Assembly: GCA_017649705.1 (NCBI GenBank)
Contig: JAGCGH010000089.1
Location: 1-56,187 of the forward strand
Length of the DNA stretch: 56,187 nucleotides
Source of the DNA: a bacterium
GTDB lineage: Bacteria > Auribacterota > UBA3054
Direction of reading: 5' to 3'
Positions 35,641 through 46,076 of this stretch are shown here, piece after piece (position 1 is the first letter of the stretch; each line of letters opens with the position of its first letter). The position numbers and the translations under genes were made by a program. The notes below the pieces were generated by a model. That model was not told where the DNA came from, ran no database searches, and saw nothing but the letters and a program-made list of their open reading frames with translations.

Positions 35641-36972
35641 TCAATCATGGTATTGTGATTCCCTGGCTTTCCATTCGAGCCTTATGAGAGCGCCTTCCAT
35701 TTTGAGAGAAGCGCGCAGCGCTTTCACAAGGTATGTTTCATACGAGCTCATGACCAGGCTTGGGTCGTTTACGAAAAGCAGAAAAGTGGGCGGTTCCTTG
35801 GCGGTCTGGGTCGCGTAGAAAAATTTCAACCGTTTGCCCTTCAGCGCGGCCGGGCTCTGTTTCTCCATAGCCTCCCTGATGGCGCGGTTCAGAAGCCCGG
35901 TGCTGATCTTTTTTGAGACCGAGGCGTAGAGCTTCAAAACTTCCTTCATGAGAGAGGGGATGTTTTTGTTTTCCTTGGCGGAAATGAGAATGACAGGAGA
36001 GTGGGCGAGGAAGGGTAATTCCTGCCTGATCCAGCCGACGTAGGCCGCTCTGTCGGCTTTGCCCTGCATAAGGTCCCACTTGTTCACGCAGATGACGCAG
36101 GGGCGGCCGGCCTCGGCCACTATGGCCGCGATCTTTTTGTCCGTGACGGAAATGCCGGCGGTCGCGTCCACGATAAGCACGCAGACGTTGGAGCGCTTGA
36201 TGGCGGCTTCGCTGCGGGAAACGGAGAAGACTTCCAGCTTGGTGTCTATTGAGCGCTTGCGCCTGATGCCGGCCGTGTCGACAAGCCTTATGGCCTTGCC
36301 TTCCCATTCTATCAGAGTGTCTACGTTGTCCCTGGTGGTGCCGGGGATGTCGCTGACTATTGAGCGCTCGAAGCCCGCGAGGGCGTTGGTCAAAGAAGAT
36401 TTCCCGGCGTTCGGTTTGCCGACGAAAGCCACGGCGCAGTAGGCGTCGCCCTTGTCTTCTTCTTCCTCTTCCTCGTCCTCGAAGAGCGAGGCTTCGTGGA
36501 GAAGGCGGTCCAAGAGCTCGTCCGTACCTATGGCGTGCATGGCGGAGATGGTGACGGTGGGGGAGAACTCATAGGCGCAGAAATCGGCCCAGGAATCCTT
36601 GAATTTTTCGTTGTCGGCTTTGTTGACCACAAGCCAGACGGGCTTGCCAAGCGTGCGCAGTTTTCCGGCGACCACGTCGTCCATGGGCGTCCTGCCGTCC
36701 TGGGCGCTGACTAAAAAGAGAATGAGGTCCGCTTCCGCCACGGCGATGTCGGTCTGGCGCGTTATGTGCTTTTCCAGGGCGTCCGGGTCGGTGACAAGTC
36801 CGCCCGTGTCGATAAGGCGGAAGGAAACGCCGTCATGAGTTACCGTGGCGTAGAGGCGGTCCCTGGTCACGCCGCTCGTCTCCTCAACGATCGCGAGCCT
36901 TTTTCCGGAAAGGCGGTTGAAGAGGATGGATTTTCCGACGTTGGGGCGTCCGACGAGCGCGACTGTCAGCAT
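35641..36972 (-). CDS. der: ribosome-associated GTPase Der (EngA)
   Basis: Two G domains (GRPNVGKS, GKPNAGKS), a KH-like C-terminus and a poly-Glu linker. Confidence 0.95.
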   Translation of the reverse strand: MLTVALVGRPNVGKSILFNRLSGKRLAIVEETSGVTRDRLYATVTHDGVSFRLIDTGGLVTDPDALEKHITRQTDIAVAEADLILFLVSAQDGRTPMDDVVAGKLRTLGKPVWLVVNKADNEKFKDSWADFCAYEFSPTVTISAMHAIGTDELLDRLLHEASLFEDEEEEEEDKGDAYCAVAFVGKPNAGKSSLTNALAGFERSIVSDIPGTTRDNVDTLIEWEGKAIRLVDTAGIRRKRSIDTKLEVFSVSRSEAAIKRSNVCVLIVDATAGISVTDKKIAAIVAEAGRPCVICVNKWDLMQGKADRAAYVGWIRQELPFLAHSPVILISAKENKNIPSLMKEVLKLYASVSKKISTGLLNRAIREAMEKQSPAALKGKRLKFFYATQTAKEPPTFLLFVNDPSLVMSSYETYLVKALRASLKMEGALIRLEWKARESQYHD

Positions 36973-36974
36973 AA

Positions 36975-38438
36975 TCAGGCTTCGATGTTAGTTAAGCTCT
37001 CGATGGCGTAGTCCACTCTCTTCAGGACTTTCTCTTTGCCGAGGGCGAAGAGCGTCTCGAACATTCCGGGACTGCAGGAGCGGCCGGTCACGGCCACTCT
37101 CAAGGGCTGCAGGACTTTCTTGGGGGAAAGCTCGGTTTCCGCCATGAAAGCGTGGATGGCCTGATCGAGGGATTCGACGGTGAAGTCGCTGCTTTCCAAT
37201 ACGGGGCGCAGAGCGGTCAGGTTTTCCTTGACGCCTTCCTTTTTCAGGATCTTCCTGACGTCCGATTCGTTGTATTCGATCTCGTCCTTCAGGAAGTAGG
37301 AGATCATGTCGACGGAATCTGTCAGCAGAACGAGCCTGGGCTGCAGGAGGCTCATGATGTAGTGGAGGGAACTCTTGTCCCGGTCTTCTTCTACCAGCCC
37401 GGCGCCCACCAGATAGGGCCAGCAGCGCTCGGTGAGATCCTCCACGGTGAGTTTCCTGATATATTCGCCGTTCATCCAGTTCAGCTTCTCAACGTGGAAC
37501 TGGGCGCCGGCTTTGTTGATATGCTCGAGGCTGAAGGCTTTTATCATCTCGTCCACTGAGACGATCTCCTGGTCCTCGGAATAAGCCCAGCCCAAGAGCG
37601 CCAGGAAGTTCACGAGGGCCTCGGGCAGATAGCCCTTGTCCCTGTACTGGAAGACGGAGACGTCGCCGTCCCTTTTGGAAAGTTTTCCTCCTCCGCCCGG
37701 CTTCAGGATGACCGGCAGGTGGGCGAAGACGGGGGGAGTCCAGCCGAAGGCATTGTAAAGGCAGATGTGTTTCGGCGTCGAAGATATCCACTCGTCGCCG
37801 CGCATGACGTGGGTGATGCCCATCAGGTGGTCGTCCACGATGTTGGCGAGATGGTAGGTGGGGTATCCGTCCGCCTTCAGGATGATGAAGTCGGTCTGCT
37901 GGTCGTTCTGGTAGGTCACTTCGCCGCGGATGGCGTCGGTAAATGAGGTTGTTCCCTCCTTCGGCATTTTGAAGCGCACGGTGGGGACGCGGCCTTCCGC
38001 TTCGTATTTTTCTATCTGCTCTTTGGTGAGCCGGGAGCAGCGCCCGTCGTAGCCCTGGACGGAGAGGCCTTTCTCCTTGGCCTCCTCCCTTTGGGCCGCG
38101 AGCTCTTCCTCGCTGCAGTAGCACTTGTAGGCGTGGCCTTTTTCCAAAAGCTCGTCGACGTATTTCTTGTAGATGTCAAGCCTTTCAGACTGGAAGTAGG
38201 GCCCGCAGTCTCCGCCTTTCATGACGCCTTCGTCCCAGGGGAGTCCGAGCCATTCGAGGCTTTTGGTTATGTCGGCGAGGGCCGCTTCCTGGAAGCGGGC
38301 CCTGTCCGTGTCTTCTATCCTTAAAAGAAAATCTCCGCCGCAGTGACGGGCGAAGAGATAGTTGAAAAGAGCCGTGCGGGCGCCTCCAAGGTGGAGCATA
38401 CCCGTGGGGCTGGGAGCGAAACGCACGCGGTATTTCAT
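36975..38438 (-). CDS. gltX: glutamate--tRNA ligase
   Basis: Class I motifs: HIGH-type (PSPTGMLHLGGA) and KMSKS-type (KLSKR). Confidence 0.95.
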   Translation of the reverse strand: MKYRVRFAPSPTGMLHLGGARTALFNYLFARHCGGDFLLRIEDTDRARFQEAALADITKSLEWLGLPWDEGVMKGGDCGPYFQSERLDIYKKYVDELLEKGHAYKCYCSEEELAAQREEAKEKGLSVQGYDGRCSRLTKEQIEKYEAEGRVPTVRFKMPKEGTTSFTDAIRGEVTYQNDQQTDFIILKADGYPTYHLANIVDDHLMGITHVMRGDEWISSTPKHICLYNAFGWTPPVFAHLPVILKPGGGGKLSKRDGDVSVFQYRDKGYLPEALVNFLALLGWAYSEDQEIVSVDEMIKAFSLEHINKAGAQFHVEKLNWMNGEYIRKLTVEDLTERCWPYLVGAGLVEEDRDKSSLHYIMSLLQPRLVLLTDSVDMISYFLKDEIEYNESDVRKILKKEGVKENLTALRPVLESSDFTVESLDQAIHAFMAETELSPKKVLQPLRVAVTGRSCSPGMFETLFALGKEKVLKRVDYAIESLTNIEA

Positions 38439-39470
38439 TTAAACGAGGCCGAAGGTTTCGGGGAACCCGAACATGATGTTAAAGTTTTGCAGCGCGGCGC
38501 CGGAGGCGCCCTTCACCAGGTTGTCCAGGGCGGAGGTTATTATGACCCTGTCGCCGGAGGCGGTGAAGGACATGTCGCAGAAATTGGTGTTTACTATGTG
38601 CCTTATCTCCACGGAAGTGCCTTCCGCTCTCAAGCGCATGAAAAATTCTTCTTTGTATGCCTTTTCCCAGGAGGCTTTGATGTCTTCCTTGCTTTTGCCG
38701 GGCTCCAGCTTCACGTAGATGGTGGAAAGGATGCCCCTTATGATCGGCAGAAGGTGGGGAGTGAAAGTCACGCTGACGTCGGTTCCCGCGGCGAAGGACA
38801 GCTCCTGGTTTATTTCGGGAGTGTGGCGGTGCTTGAACATGCCGTAGGCTTTGAAGGACTCAGCGGATTCGCAGTAGTGGACCTGCGGCGTCAGCTTTTT
38901 GCCGGCGCCGCTGATCCCGCTTTTCGAGTCGATGATGATGTCGTTGGGCGAAATGACTTTGTCCCTGAGAAGGGGAATAAGAGGAATGAGGGCGCTGGTC
39001 ACGTAGCAGCCGGGAACGGCGACCAGCGAGGCCTTCTTAATGTCATCCCGGTACCATTCGCAGAGGCCGTAAACGGCCCTCTTCAGGTTTTCCCTGTCGC
39101 AATGCTCGACTTTGTACCATTTCTCATACAAAGCGGGATCCTTCAGGCGGTAATCGGCGGAAAAGTCGATGACTTTTATGCCTTGCGCCAGAAGTTCCTT
39201 GGCAATGGGGGCGGCGGCCCCGTGGGGGAGCGCCAGAAAAACGGCTTCGGGCTTTTTGTCCAAAAGCGCCTGGACGCCCAGAACGGGCAGTTCGCAAAGA
39301 TTGCTGAACTCCGGGAAAAGATCCGGCATGGCGCAGTCTTCGGAACTCGGCCCGTGGGCAAGAGCAACGACTTCTGCGCCGGGATGGCGCAGAAGTCTCA
39401 GGAGCAGTTCCCTGCCGGTATAGCCTGAAGCGCCGCAGACCGCGACCTTCACCTTTTTATTCTCAGTCAT
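38439..39470 (-). CDS. argC: N-acetyl-gamma-glutamyl-phosphate reductase
   Basis: GASGYTG Rossmann motif and the catalytic PGCY region. Confidence 0.9.
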   Translation of the reverse strand: MTENKKVKVAVCGASGYTGRELLLRLLRHPGAEVVALAHGPSSEDCAMPDLFPEFSNLCELPVLGVQALLDKKPEAVFLALPHGAAAPIAKELLAQGIKVIDFSADYRLKDPALYEKWYKVEHCDRENLKRAVYGLCEWYRDDIKKASLVAVPGCYVTSALIPLIPLLRDKVISPNDIIIDSKSGISGAGKKLTPQVHYCESAESFKAYGMFKHRHTPEINQELSFAAGTDVSVTFTPHLLPIIRGILSTIYVKLEPGKSKEDIKASWEKAYKEEFFMRLRAEGTSVEIRHIVNTNFCDMSFTASGDRVIITSALDNLVKGASGAALQNFNIMFGFPETFGLV

Positions 39471-39481
39471 TTCGATCGGAT

Positions 39482-39778
39482 TTATTTGGTCTTCTGGACC
39501 ATCTTTTTCAAAATGATGCTGGACTTGAAGACAGCCACTTTAGAAGAAGGGATCTGGATGTTTTTCTCGGGGGCGTTGGGGTTGCGGCCGATCCTGGGGC
39601 GCCTGGTCTTGACGGAGAAAACGCCGAAGCGGCGGAGCTCAAGACGGTTGCCTTCCACCAGATAATCGCAGATGGAGTCGAAGGTTTCCTGAATGACGAC
39701 TCTCACGACGTCCTTCGGCTGGCTGGATTTTTCAGCAACTTTCGTAATAAGGTCTTCTTTAGTGATGGTGTTCTTCAT
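39482..39778 (-). CDS. HU/IHF-family DNA-binding protein
   Basis: 98 aa. RFGVF...R.GRNP motif. AAGGAG Shine-Dalgarno. Confidence 0.85.
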   Translation of the reverse strand: MKNTITKEDLITKVAEKSSQPKDVVRVVIQETFDSICDYLVEGNRLELRRFGVFSVKTRRPRIGRNPNAPEKNIQIPSSKVAVFKSSIILKKMVQKTK

Positions 39779-39946
39779 TTGATCTCCTTAATTTAATGGA
39801 TAAGATGTTAAGTGATAATGATTTTAATTGGATATAAAGCGTACTAAATCAGACGGTTTTTGTCAACGCTCGGTTTTTAAGACCCTTCGCCTTCATTCAT
39901 AGGCAACCGCCCGGCGGGAGGGGGGAGGGCCTTTCGGGATGGTTTT

Positions 39947-39955
39947 TGCTAAAAT
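39947..39955 (+). promoter_or_regulatory. extended -10 box (TGcTAAAAT) 7 nt upstream of ATG 39963
   Basis: Read directly from the sequence. It lies inside the longer 39939-start ORF. Confidence 0.35.
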
Positions 39956-39962
39956 ATATAGC

Positions 39963-41531
39963 ATGCGTTGTTACTTAAATAAACTGTTGCTTTGCGCCCT
40001 GCTTTCCCTGGCGGGCGGCGCGTCTTTCGTTTCCGCCAAAAACAAGCTTCCGGAAGAGCTCTCGGACAGCGTTTATTCCAACGTTTGCGAATGTCTCGAA
40101 TACGCCATGGACAACGAGCAGTCGAAGCTCTACGTGGAGGCTATCCGGGGCTACACCGGCGCCCTGGCGCACCTGACGCCCCTGGCGGCGGAGCTGGCCA
40201 AGAAGAAGGAGAAGTCCGTCGCCGACCGGGAGCGGCTGGGCAAGCTCAACAAGCTCATCACCGCCTGGCGGTACAAACTGGACGAACTTGAGGCCCCGGC
40301 CCAGCTGGAGGCCTACGAGACGCTGAAAAGCGATTACAAGATGCGCCTCATCTATCTGAAGGAGGCCCTGAAGTTCTCTTCGCCCATAATCATCCAGACG
40401 AATTACTTCAACGCCCTGGCGGCCTATGCAAGGACCAAAAAGCAAGCTGGCAACGTCAAGCTGCAATACGCGCCCCCGGAGGATATCGATCCTTACTACA
40501 AGGAGGTCTCCCGGAAACTGAGCTTGCTTTTGGAGCGGGAGGCGGAAGCTTCCGACATGAGCGAGGGCCAGATCAAGATCGTTGGACGCTTGGCCTCCGA
40601 CACCAATCTCATAAGCCAGCTGGAGCTGGCCAAGTCGGTCCTCACGGGAGGGGAGAGCGTCACGCCGCTGGAATTCGACCGCTGCTACGCGCTTCTGACT
40701 TTAAAGCTGCCCCTTAACTACACCTATTGGCAGGCCTGGGGGGATTTCCGGCTCCGCACGGGCGACACCAACGGCGCCCTGAGAGTCTGGAAGAAAGCCC
40801 TGACGCGCTTCACAAGCGATTTCGACCTGCGCTATCTCCTGGCTTTCTACAGCCCGCAGAGCAAGGAAGGGGCGGCGGAAGCCTGCGAATATCTCAAGGA
40901 CTGCCTGGAGATGACCTCCGGGCTCACCGCCAGCCGCATCGCCCTGATGCTGGCCAGGCGCTACACCCAGCTGGGGGAATACGGCGAGGCTTACGCCGCG
41001 GCCCAGGACTCCGCGAAGCTCGCCCGGTTGAGCCGCAATCCCAACGCCTCCCGGGAATACCGGGAAGCCAGGCTTTTCGCCTCAGATCTCGCCTTGCGCT
41101 ACGGCCTTTTGGAGGCGGCTTTGGAAAATCTGGAAAAACTCAGCGTCAACGACGAATGGGACCAGGACATCGCGGAGCGCTTCGCCATGGTCAGATACGC
41201 CATGTTCATGCAGGATCCCGGCGACAAGGAGCTTTTGCAGGACGCCCTGAAAGCCTTCGACAAGTGGGGGGCTTTCAACCCGAACCGGAAGGGGATCTGC
41301 TCCGCCAAGGCGGTCATGCTCTTCACCGCCGGCCAGTTCAAGGAAGCCAAGGAGCAGGCGTTCAGGGAACTGAACGTGTCTCCCGCGGATCCCTCGGCCC
41401 TGACGATCCTGGGACATTTGTCCCTGAGGGAGGGGAACGTTTCCGAGGCGAGGGCCTATTTCGAGGCGGCCCTGCGCTCCGACCCGGGATACGAAAAAGC
41501 CGCGGAAGGACTTAGAGCCTGCGGCCAATAG
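39963..41531 (+). CDS. secreted TPR-repeat protein
   Basis: Signal peptide MRCYLNKLLLCALLSLAGGASFVSA. Multiple TPR-like helical repeats in the C-terminal half. Alternative start at 39939. Confidence 0.65.
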   Translation: MRCYLNKLLLCALLSLAGGASFVSAKNKLPEELSDSVYSNVCECLEYAMDNEQSKLYVEAIRGYTGALAHLTPLAAELAKKKEKSVADRERLGKLNKLITAWRYKLDELEAPAQLEAYETLKSDYKMRLIYLKEALKFSSPIIIQTNYFNALAAYARTKKQAGNVKLQYAPPEDIDPYYKEVSRKLSLLLEREAEASDMSEGQIKIVGRLASDTNLISQLELAKSVLTGGESVTPLEFDRCYALLTLKLPLNYTYWQAWGDFRLRTGDTNGALRVWKKALTRFTSDFDLRYLLAFYSPQSKEGAAEACEYLKDCLEMTSGLTASRIALMLARRYTQLGEYGEAYAAAQDSAKLARLSRNPNASREYREARLFASDLALRYGLLEAALENLEKLSVNDEWDQDIAERFAMVRYAMFMQDPGDKELLQDALKAFDKWGAFNPNRKGICSAKAVMLFTAGQFKEAKEQAFRELNVSPADPSALTILGHLSLREGNVSEARAYFEAALRSDPGYEKAAEGLRACGQ

Positions 41532-41556
41532 GCTTTTTGCTTTCCCTTTTTCATTT

Positions 41557-41565
41557 TGCTATCAT
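41557..41565 (+). promoter_or_regulatory. extended -10-like box (TGcTATCAT) upstream of purS
   Basis: Lies about 40 nt upstream of ATG 41604. Confidence 0.3.
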
Positions 41566-41603
41566 TTGAAAAATTAACCATCTAAAAAAATAACGGAAAA
41601 ATC

Positions 41604-41846
41604 ATGAAAGCTAAAATCTACGTGACGCTCAAGCAAAGCGTTTTGGATCCCCAGGGGAAAACGGTGCAGAGGGCGCTGGAGCAGATGAATTACAAGAACG
41701 TCGATTCCGTGAGGATCGGCCGCTTTTTGGAAGTGGAACTCAACTGCGACGACGAAGCAGCGGCGGCCGCCCAGATAGAGGAGATGAGCCGAAAATTGTT
41801 TGTGAATCCCAATATCGAACAGTTCCGCTACGAGCTGGAAAAATAA
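41604..41846 (+). CDS. purS: phosphoribosylformylglycinamidine synthase subunit PurS
   Basis: 80 aa. VLDPQG motif. Precedes purQ and purL. Confidence 0.9.
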   Translation: MKAKIYVTLKQSVLDPQGKTVQRALEQMNYKNVDSVRIGRFLEVELNCDDEAAAAAQIEEMSRKLFVNPNIEQFRYELEK

Positions 41847-41864
41847 ATTTTTGGAGTTGATCAG

Positions 41865-42572
41865 ATGAAAATCGGAATAGTGGTTTTTCCCGGCTCCAAC
41901 TGCGACTACGACTGCCTGACGGCCTTCAGCCGCCTGGCTGGCGAAGAGGGTCTTTCCGCCGAGACGAAATACGTCTGGCACAAGGAAAGCGCTCCCGGGA
42001 CTTTCGACGCCTACGTCCTGCCCGGCGGATTCTCCTACGGCGACTATCTGCGCTGCGGCGCCATCGCCCGCTTCTCTCCCATCATGGAGGAAGTGAAGGC
42101 CCACGCTGAGGCCGGCCGCCCGGTCATCGGGATCTGCAACGGCTTCCAGATCCTCTGCGAAGCCGGGCTCCTTCCCGGCGCCCTTTACATGAACAGGGAC
42201 CTGAACTTCATTTGCGAGCACGTCTTCCTCAGGACGGAGAGAGACGACACCATCTTCACCAGCGAGTGCCGCAAGGGCGAAGTCCTCAACATCCCCATCG
42301 CCCACGGCGAAGGCAACTATTACGCCGACGACGAGACGCTGGAGAGGCTGGAAGGCGAGAACCTGGTGGCTTTCCGCTACTGCACCAGGGACGGCCTTGT
42401 CAGGCCGGAGGTCAACCCCAACGGCTCCCGCAACAACATCGCCGGCATTTTCAACAAGGAACGCACCATACTGGGCATGATGCCCCACCCGGAGCGCGCC
42501 GCGGAAGATTCCCTGGCCAGCTCCGACGGCAGGAAGATCATATTGTCGCTTCTGAAGAGTCTTGCGAAGTAA
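41865..42572 (+). CDS. purQ: phosphoribosylformylglycinamidine synthase subunit PurQ (glutaminase)
   Basis: GATase motifs GICNGFQ and MPHPER. Confidence 0.95.
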   Translation: MKIGIVVFPGSNCDYDCLTAFSRLAGEEGLSAETKYVWHKESAPGTFDAYVLPGGFSYGDYLRCGAIARFSPIMEEVKAHAEAGRPVIGICNGFQILCEAGLLPGALYMNRDLNFICEHVFLRTERDDTIFTSECRKGEVLNIPIAHGEGNYYADDETLERLEGENLVAFRYCTRDGLVRPEVNPNGSRNNIAGIFNKERTILGMMPHPERAAEDSLASSDGRKIILSLLKSLAK

Positions 42573-42597
42573 TTTTTGGAATTAAAGGAATAAATTT

Positions 42598-44892
42598 ATG
42601 GTAGAAAGTCTGCCCAAGGATCCTCTGATCACGCCGGAACTGATCGCCGACCACGGCATCACTCCGGACGAATACGAACGCTTGAAAGGCATTTTGAAAC
42701 GCGAGCCGACTTACACGGAACTGGGCATCTTTTCCGTGATGTGGTCGGAGCACTGCTCCTACAAGAACAGCCGCAAACAGCTGAAAAACTTCCCCACGGA
42801 AGGGCCCCAGGTCCTCATCAAGGCCGGCGAGGAGAACGCCGGCGTCATCGACGTGGGCGACGGCTGGGCGGTGGCCTTCAAAGTCGAATCCCACAACCAT
42901 CCCTCCGCGGTGGAGCCCTTCCAGGGCGCCGCGACGGGCGTGGGCGGCATCTTAAGGGACATCTTCACCATGGGCGCCCGCCCGGTCATCAACATGAACT
43001 CCCTTAGGTTCGGCCGCCCGAATTCCGGGCAGGTCCAGCAGCTGGTGGACGGCGTGGTGGGCGGCATCGCCCATTACGGAAACTGCATGGGAATCCCGAC
43101 CATCGGCGGCGACGTTTATTACGACGAGACCTACGAGACCAACTGTTTGGTGAACGCCTTCAGCCTGGGCATCATGAAAATTAACGAGATCCAGCGCGGC
43201 GAGGCCACCGGCGTGGGGAACCCCGTTTTCTACGTGGGCGCGGCCACCGGCAAAGACGGCATCCACGGCGCGACTTTCGCCTCCACCGAACTGACCGAGG
43301 AATCCGAAGCGAAGCGCTCCTCCGTCCAGGTGGGCGACCCCTTCATGGAAAAACTGCTCCTGGAAGCCTGCCTGGAACTTTTCCAGACCGACCATATCGT
43401 GGGCATCCAGGACATGGGCGCCGCGGGTCTTACCTGCTCCACCTGCGAGACCGCCAGCAGAGGCGGCAGCGGCGTGGAAATAGACGTGGCCCTCGTTCCC
43501 CAGCGCGAAGCCAACATGACGCCCTATGAGATCCTGCTTTCCGAAAGCCAGGAGCGCATGCTGGTCATCGTGAAAAAGGGCAGGGAAGAGGCTGTCCACA
43601 AGATCTTCGAGAAATGGGACCTTCACGCCGTGGAGATCGGTCATGTGACCGACGACGGCTTGATGCGCGTGAAATACAACGGAAAAGTAGTGGCGGAGAT
43701 CCCCGCCAGGGAGATAGCGGACGACGCGCCACTCTACGATCCTCCCGCCGCGAAGCCCAAATATCTGAAGGCGGTCTCCGCCTGGAAGCTCAGCGAGCTG
43801 CCCCAGCCCGGCGGCGACATGACGGGCATTCTCACGAAGCTTCTCTCCGAGCCCACCATCGGCAGCAAGAAAGACATTTACCGCCGCTACGACCATATGG
43901 TGAGGACCGGCACTGTGGTCCTGCCCGGCAGCGACGCCGCGGTCTTCTGGATGAGGGAGGCGGACAAGTATCTCTCCCTGGCCGCAGACTGCAATGGCCG
44001 CTACTGCTACCTTGATCCCGTCATGGGTTCCAGGATCGCGGTGGCCGAGAGCGCCAGGAACATCGTCTGCTCCGGCGGGCGCCCCCTGGCCCTGACGGAC
44101 TGCCTGAATTTCGGCAATCCCACGAAACCCGAGATCTACTGGCAGTTCAAGGCCTGCGTGCAGGGCTTGAAAGAAGGCTGCGAGGCTTTCAACACGCCGG
44201 TGACCGGCGGAAACGTCAGCTTCTACAACGAGAATCCGGAAGGCGCCATCGATCCCACTCCGCTGGTGGTCATGGTTGGACAAATTGACAAAAAGGAACA
44301 CATCACCACCCAGTGGTTCAAGAAGGAAGGCGACGCCGTCTGCCTCCTGGACGGCCTGCAGGACGACCAGCTGGCTGGCATCGGCGGCAGCGAATACTTG
44401 AGAAGGATCCACGACCTGAAGGCCGGCTGTCCTCCCGTCATGGACCTTAAGAAAGAGAAGGCGGTCCAGGACCTGCTTTTGAACGCCATCAGATCCGGCC
44501 TCATAAGGTCCGCCCACGACGTCTCGGAAGGCGGGTTGGCGGTCTGCGCCGCGGAATGCTGCTTCACGGCTCCCATGGAATTGGAGAGCGAAGCCGTCAT
44601 GCTGGGCGCCAAGCTGGACTTCTCCCCGGCGGCCAAGCGCACCCCGCGCCACGACGCCCTTCTCTTCGGCGAACAGCAGTCCCGCATCCTGGTCTCCCTC
44701 GCGCCGGAAAACGTGACGGCGCTGGAGGAGATGGCGGCGGCCGCCGGCGTGCAGTGCGACCTCCTGGGAACCGTGGGCGGTGACGAACTGACGGTCACCG
44801 TGAACGGCGAGACCCTTGTGAAAGGCGGGGTCCGGGAGCTCAGGAAGGCCTGGCGCGAAGCCTACGCAAACTCCGCGAAGACTTCGGAATAG
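42598..44892 (+). CDS. purL: phosphoribosylformylglycinamidine synthase subunit PurL
   Basis: SEHCSYK, ESHNHPS and GGNVSFYNE motifs. 764 aa. Confidence 0.95.
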   Translation: MVESLPKDPLITPELIADHGITPDEYERLKGILKREPTYTELGIFSVMWSEHCSYKNSRKQLKNFPTEGPQVLIKAGEENAGVIDVGDGWAVAFKVESHNHPSAVEPFQGAATGVGGILRDIFTMGARPVINMNSLRFGRPNSGQVQQLVDGVVGGIAHYGNCMGIPTIGGDVYYDETYETNCLVNAFSLGIMKINEIQRGEATGVGNPVFYVGAATGKDGIHGATFASTELTEESEAKRSSVQVGDPFMEKLLLEACLELFQTDHIVGIQDMGAAGLTCSTCETASRGGSGVEIDVALVPQREANMTPYEILLSESQERMLVIVKKGREEAVHKIFEKWDLHAVEIGHVTDDGLMRVKYNGKVVAEIPAREIADDAPLYDPPAAKPKYLKAVSAWKLSELPQPGGDMTGILTKLLSEPTIGSKKDIYRRYDHMVRTGTVVLPGSDAAVFWMREADKYLSLAADCNGRYCYLDPVMGSRIAVAESARNIVCSGGRPLALTDCLNFGNPTKPEIYWQFKACVQGLKEGCEAFNTPVTGGNVSFYNENPEGAIDPTPLVVMVGQIDKKEHITTQWFKKEGDAVCLLDGLQDDQLAGIGGSEYLRRIHDLKAGCPPVMDLKKEKAVQDLLLNAIRSGLIRSAHDVSEGGLAVCAAECCFTAPMELESEAVMLGAKLDFSPAAKRTPRHDALLFGEQQSRILVSLAPENVTALEEMAAAAGVQCDLLGTVGGDELTVTVNGETLVKGGVRELRKAWREAYANSAKTSE

Positions 44893-44900
44893 GTCCCGCC

Positions 44901-44929
44901 TTGACTTGTAAAGGACTGTCTAGTATAAT
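44901..44929 (+). promoter_or_regulatory. near-consensus sigma70 promoter TTGACT-17-TATAAT
   Basis: -35 at 44901-44906 and -10 at 44924-44929, about 65 nt upstream of ATG 44994. Confidence 0.6.
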
Positions 44930-44993
44930 TTACACGATAATTTCAAATTGAAAAATAAAAACAATCATATCCAATAAACAATCGGAGCAAGAA

Positions 44994-45815
44994 ATGAAAG
45001 TTGTAGCAACTTTAGTGGCGATCATCGCTATTCTGGCCGCGGCCGGCTTAGGCTATAAGTGGTACCAGGCTAACGGCGAACTGAAAAACACCCAGGCTAA
45101 ACTGACGAAATGCCAGCAGGAAGTGACTGAAGCCAAGGCTGCCAAGGAAGCCGCGGAACAGCAGACCGCTGACATCCAGGCCAAACTCACGGCTTTGGAG
45201 ACCGCCAAGAAAGGTCTGGAGGAAGAGCTTGCCGGTTTGAAGTCCAAGTATGAAGAACTGACCGCCAACATCGGTTCCGAAGAAGGCGGCGAAGACGCCC
45301 TCAACGCGCTTCAGACGACCATCAGCGATCTGAAATCCCAGGTCGAGCAGAAGGAGAACGAACTGAAGGAAGCCCAGGACGCCGCTGAAAGCCTCAAGGC
45401 CGACATCGAAGCCAAGGAAAAGGCCATCGAAGGCCTGAAGGGCGAAGTCACCGCCGCCAAGGAAGCCCAGGCCGCCGCTGAAAAGCAGGCCAACAGCTTC
45501 AAGATGAATCTGCTTGAGCACGGCCTCTCCCTCGAGGAAGCCCCGGTGTTCGCCGGCGAGATCCTGGCCGTCAATCCTGCCGGTCCCGACTATCCCGCCT
45601 CCTACATCCTCAGCGTTGGCAAGGGCGCCGGACTGCCCATCGGTCAGGAACTGAAAGTGACCCGCGGCACCACCGTCATCGGCACCTTGAAAGTCGTCCG
45701 CATCTATGACGATCAGGACAATCTCTGCGGCGCCGAGAGCAAAGACCTCATCGTTGGCCAGATCCCCCAGGTCGGCGACAAAGTCAACAACGAGATCGGC
45801 CTCAAGAACGAGTAA
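44994..45815 (+). CDS. membrane-anchored coiled-coil protein with a small C-terminal globular domain
   Basis: N-terminal TM helix, about 150 aa of A/E/K-rich heptad-like sequence, then a Gly-rich beta-type C-terminus. No family recognised. Confidence 0.6.
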   Translation: MKVVATLVAIIAILAAAGLGYKWYQANGELKNTQAKLTKCQQEVTEAKAAKEAAEQQTADIQAKLTALETAKKGLEEELAGLKSKYEELTANIGSEEGGEDALNALQTTISDLKSQVEQKENELKEAQDAAESLKADIEAKEKAIEGLKGEVTAAKEAQAAAEKQANSFKMNLLEHGLSLEEAPVFAGEILAVNPAGPDYPASYILSVGKGAGLPIGQELKVTRGTTVIGTLKVVRIYDDQDNLCGAESKDLIVGQIPQVGDKVNNEIGLKNE

Positions 45816-45979
45816 TGCTGAGAACGTTTCTCGCGCTTTCCCTTGCGGCGCTGGCTTTGGGCCTGACCGGCTGCGAAGCCCTGGACTACCGCAACGTGGA
45901 TGACCAGAGCGCGATCCCCTGGAATCAGCCAAGGCCGGAAGAGAAGGAACTGGATCTCAATCCTACCTTCAACTGGTGA
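45815..45979 (+). CDS. small lipoprotein (54 aa), missing from the supplied ORF track
   Basis: The ATG overlaps the upstream TAA (TAATG). Signal peptide plus lipobox MLRTFLALSLAALALGLTGC. Followed directly by a strong terminator. Confidence 0.55.
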   Translation: MLRTFLALSLAALALGLTGCEALDYRNVDDQSAIPWNQPRPEEKELDLNPTFNW

Positions 45980-45983
45980 AAAA

Positions 45984-46011
45984 ACGAGCGGCGGAAAGCC
46001 GCTCGTTTTTT
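45984..46011 (+). terminator. intrinsic terminator
   Basis: ACGAGCGGC-GGAAA-GCCGCTCGT followed by T5. Confidence 0.85.
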
Positions 46012-46060
46012 CATGTCCAATTTAAGCGGCATTCCGCCGTATGGAAGCGGAATGTAATTT

Positions 46061-46069
46061 TGCTATAAT
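46061..46069 (+). promoter_or_regulatory. extended -10 box (TGcTATAAT) 7 nt upstream of ATG 46077
   Basis: Lies between the upstream terminator and the ftsK start, inside the longer 46041-start ORF. Confidence 0.45.
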
Positions 46070-46076
46070 AAATAAT

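Noticed and set aside
34628-35644. 338-aa ORF suggesting a large protein or a fusion upstream of ybeY.
   Set aside because: Only the last 157 codons (from ATG 35101) resemble YbeY. The upstream part is Arg/Pro-rich and lies out of frame over the PlsY-like gene, whose own frame gives a coherent membrane protein.
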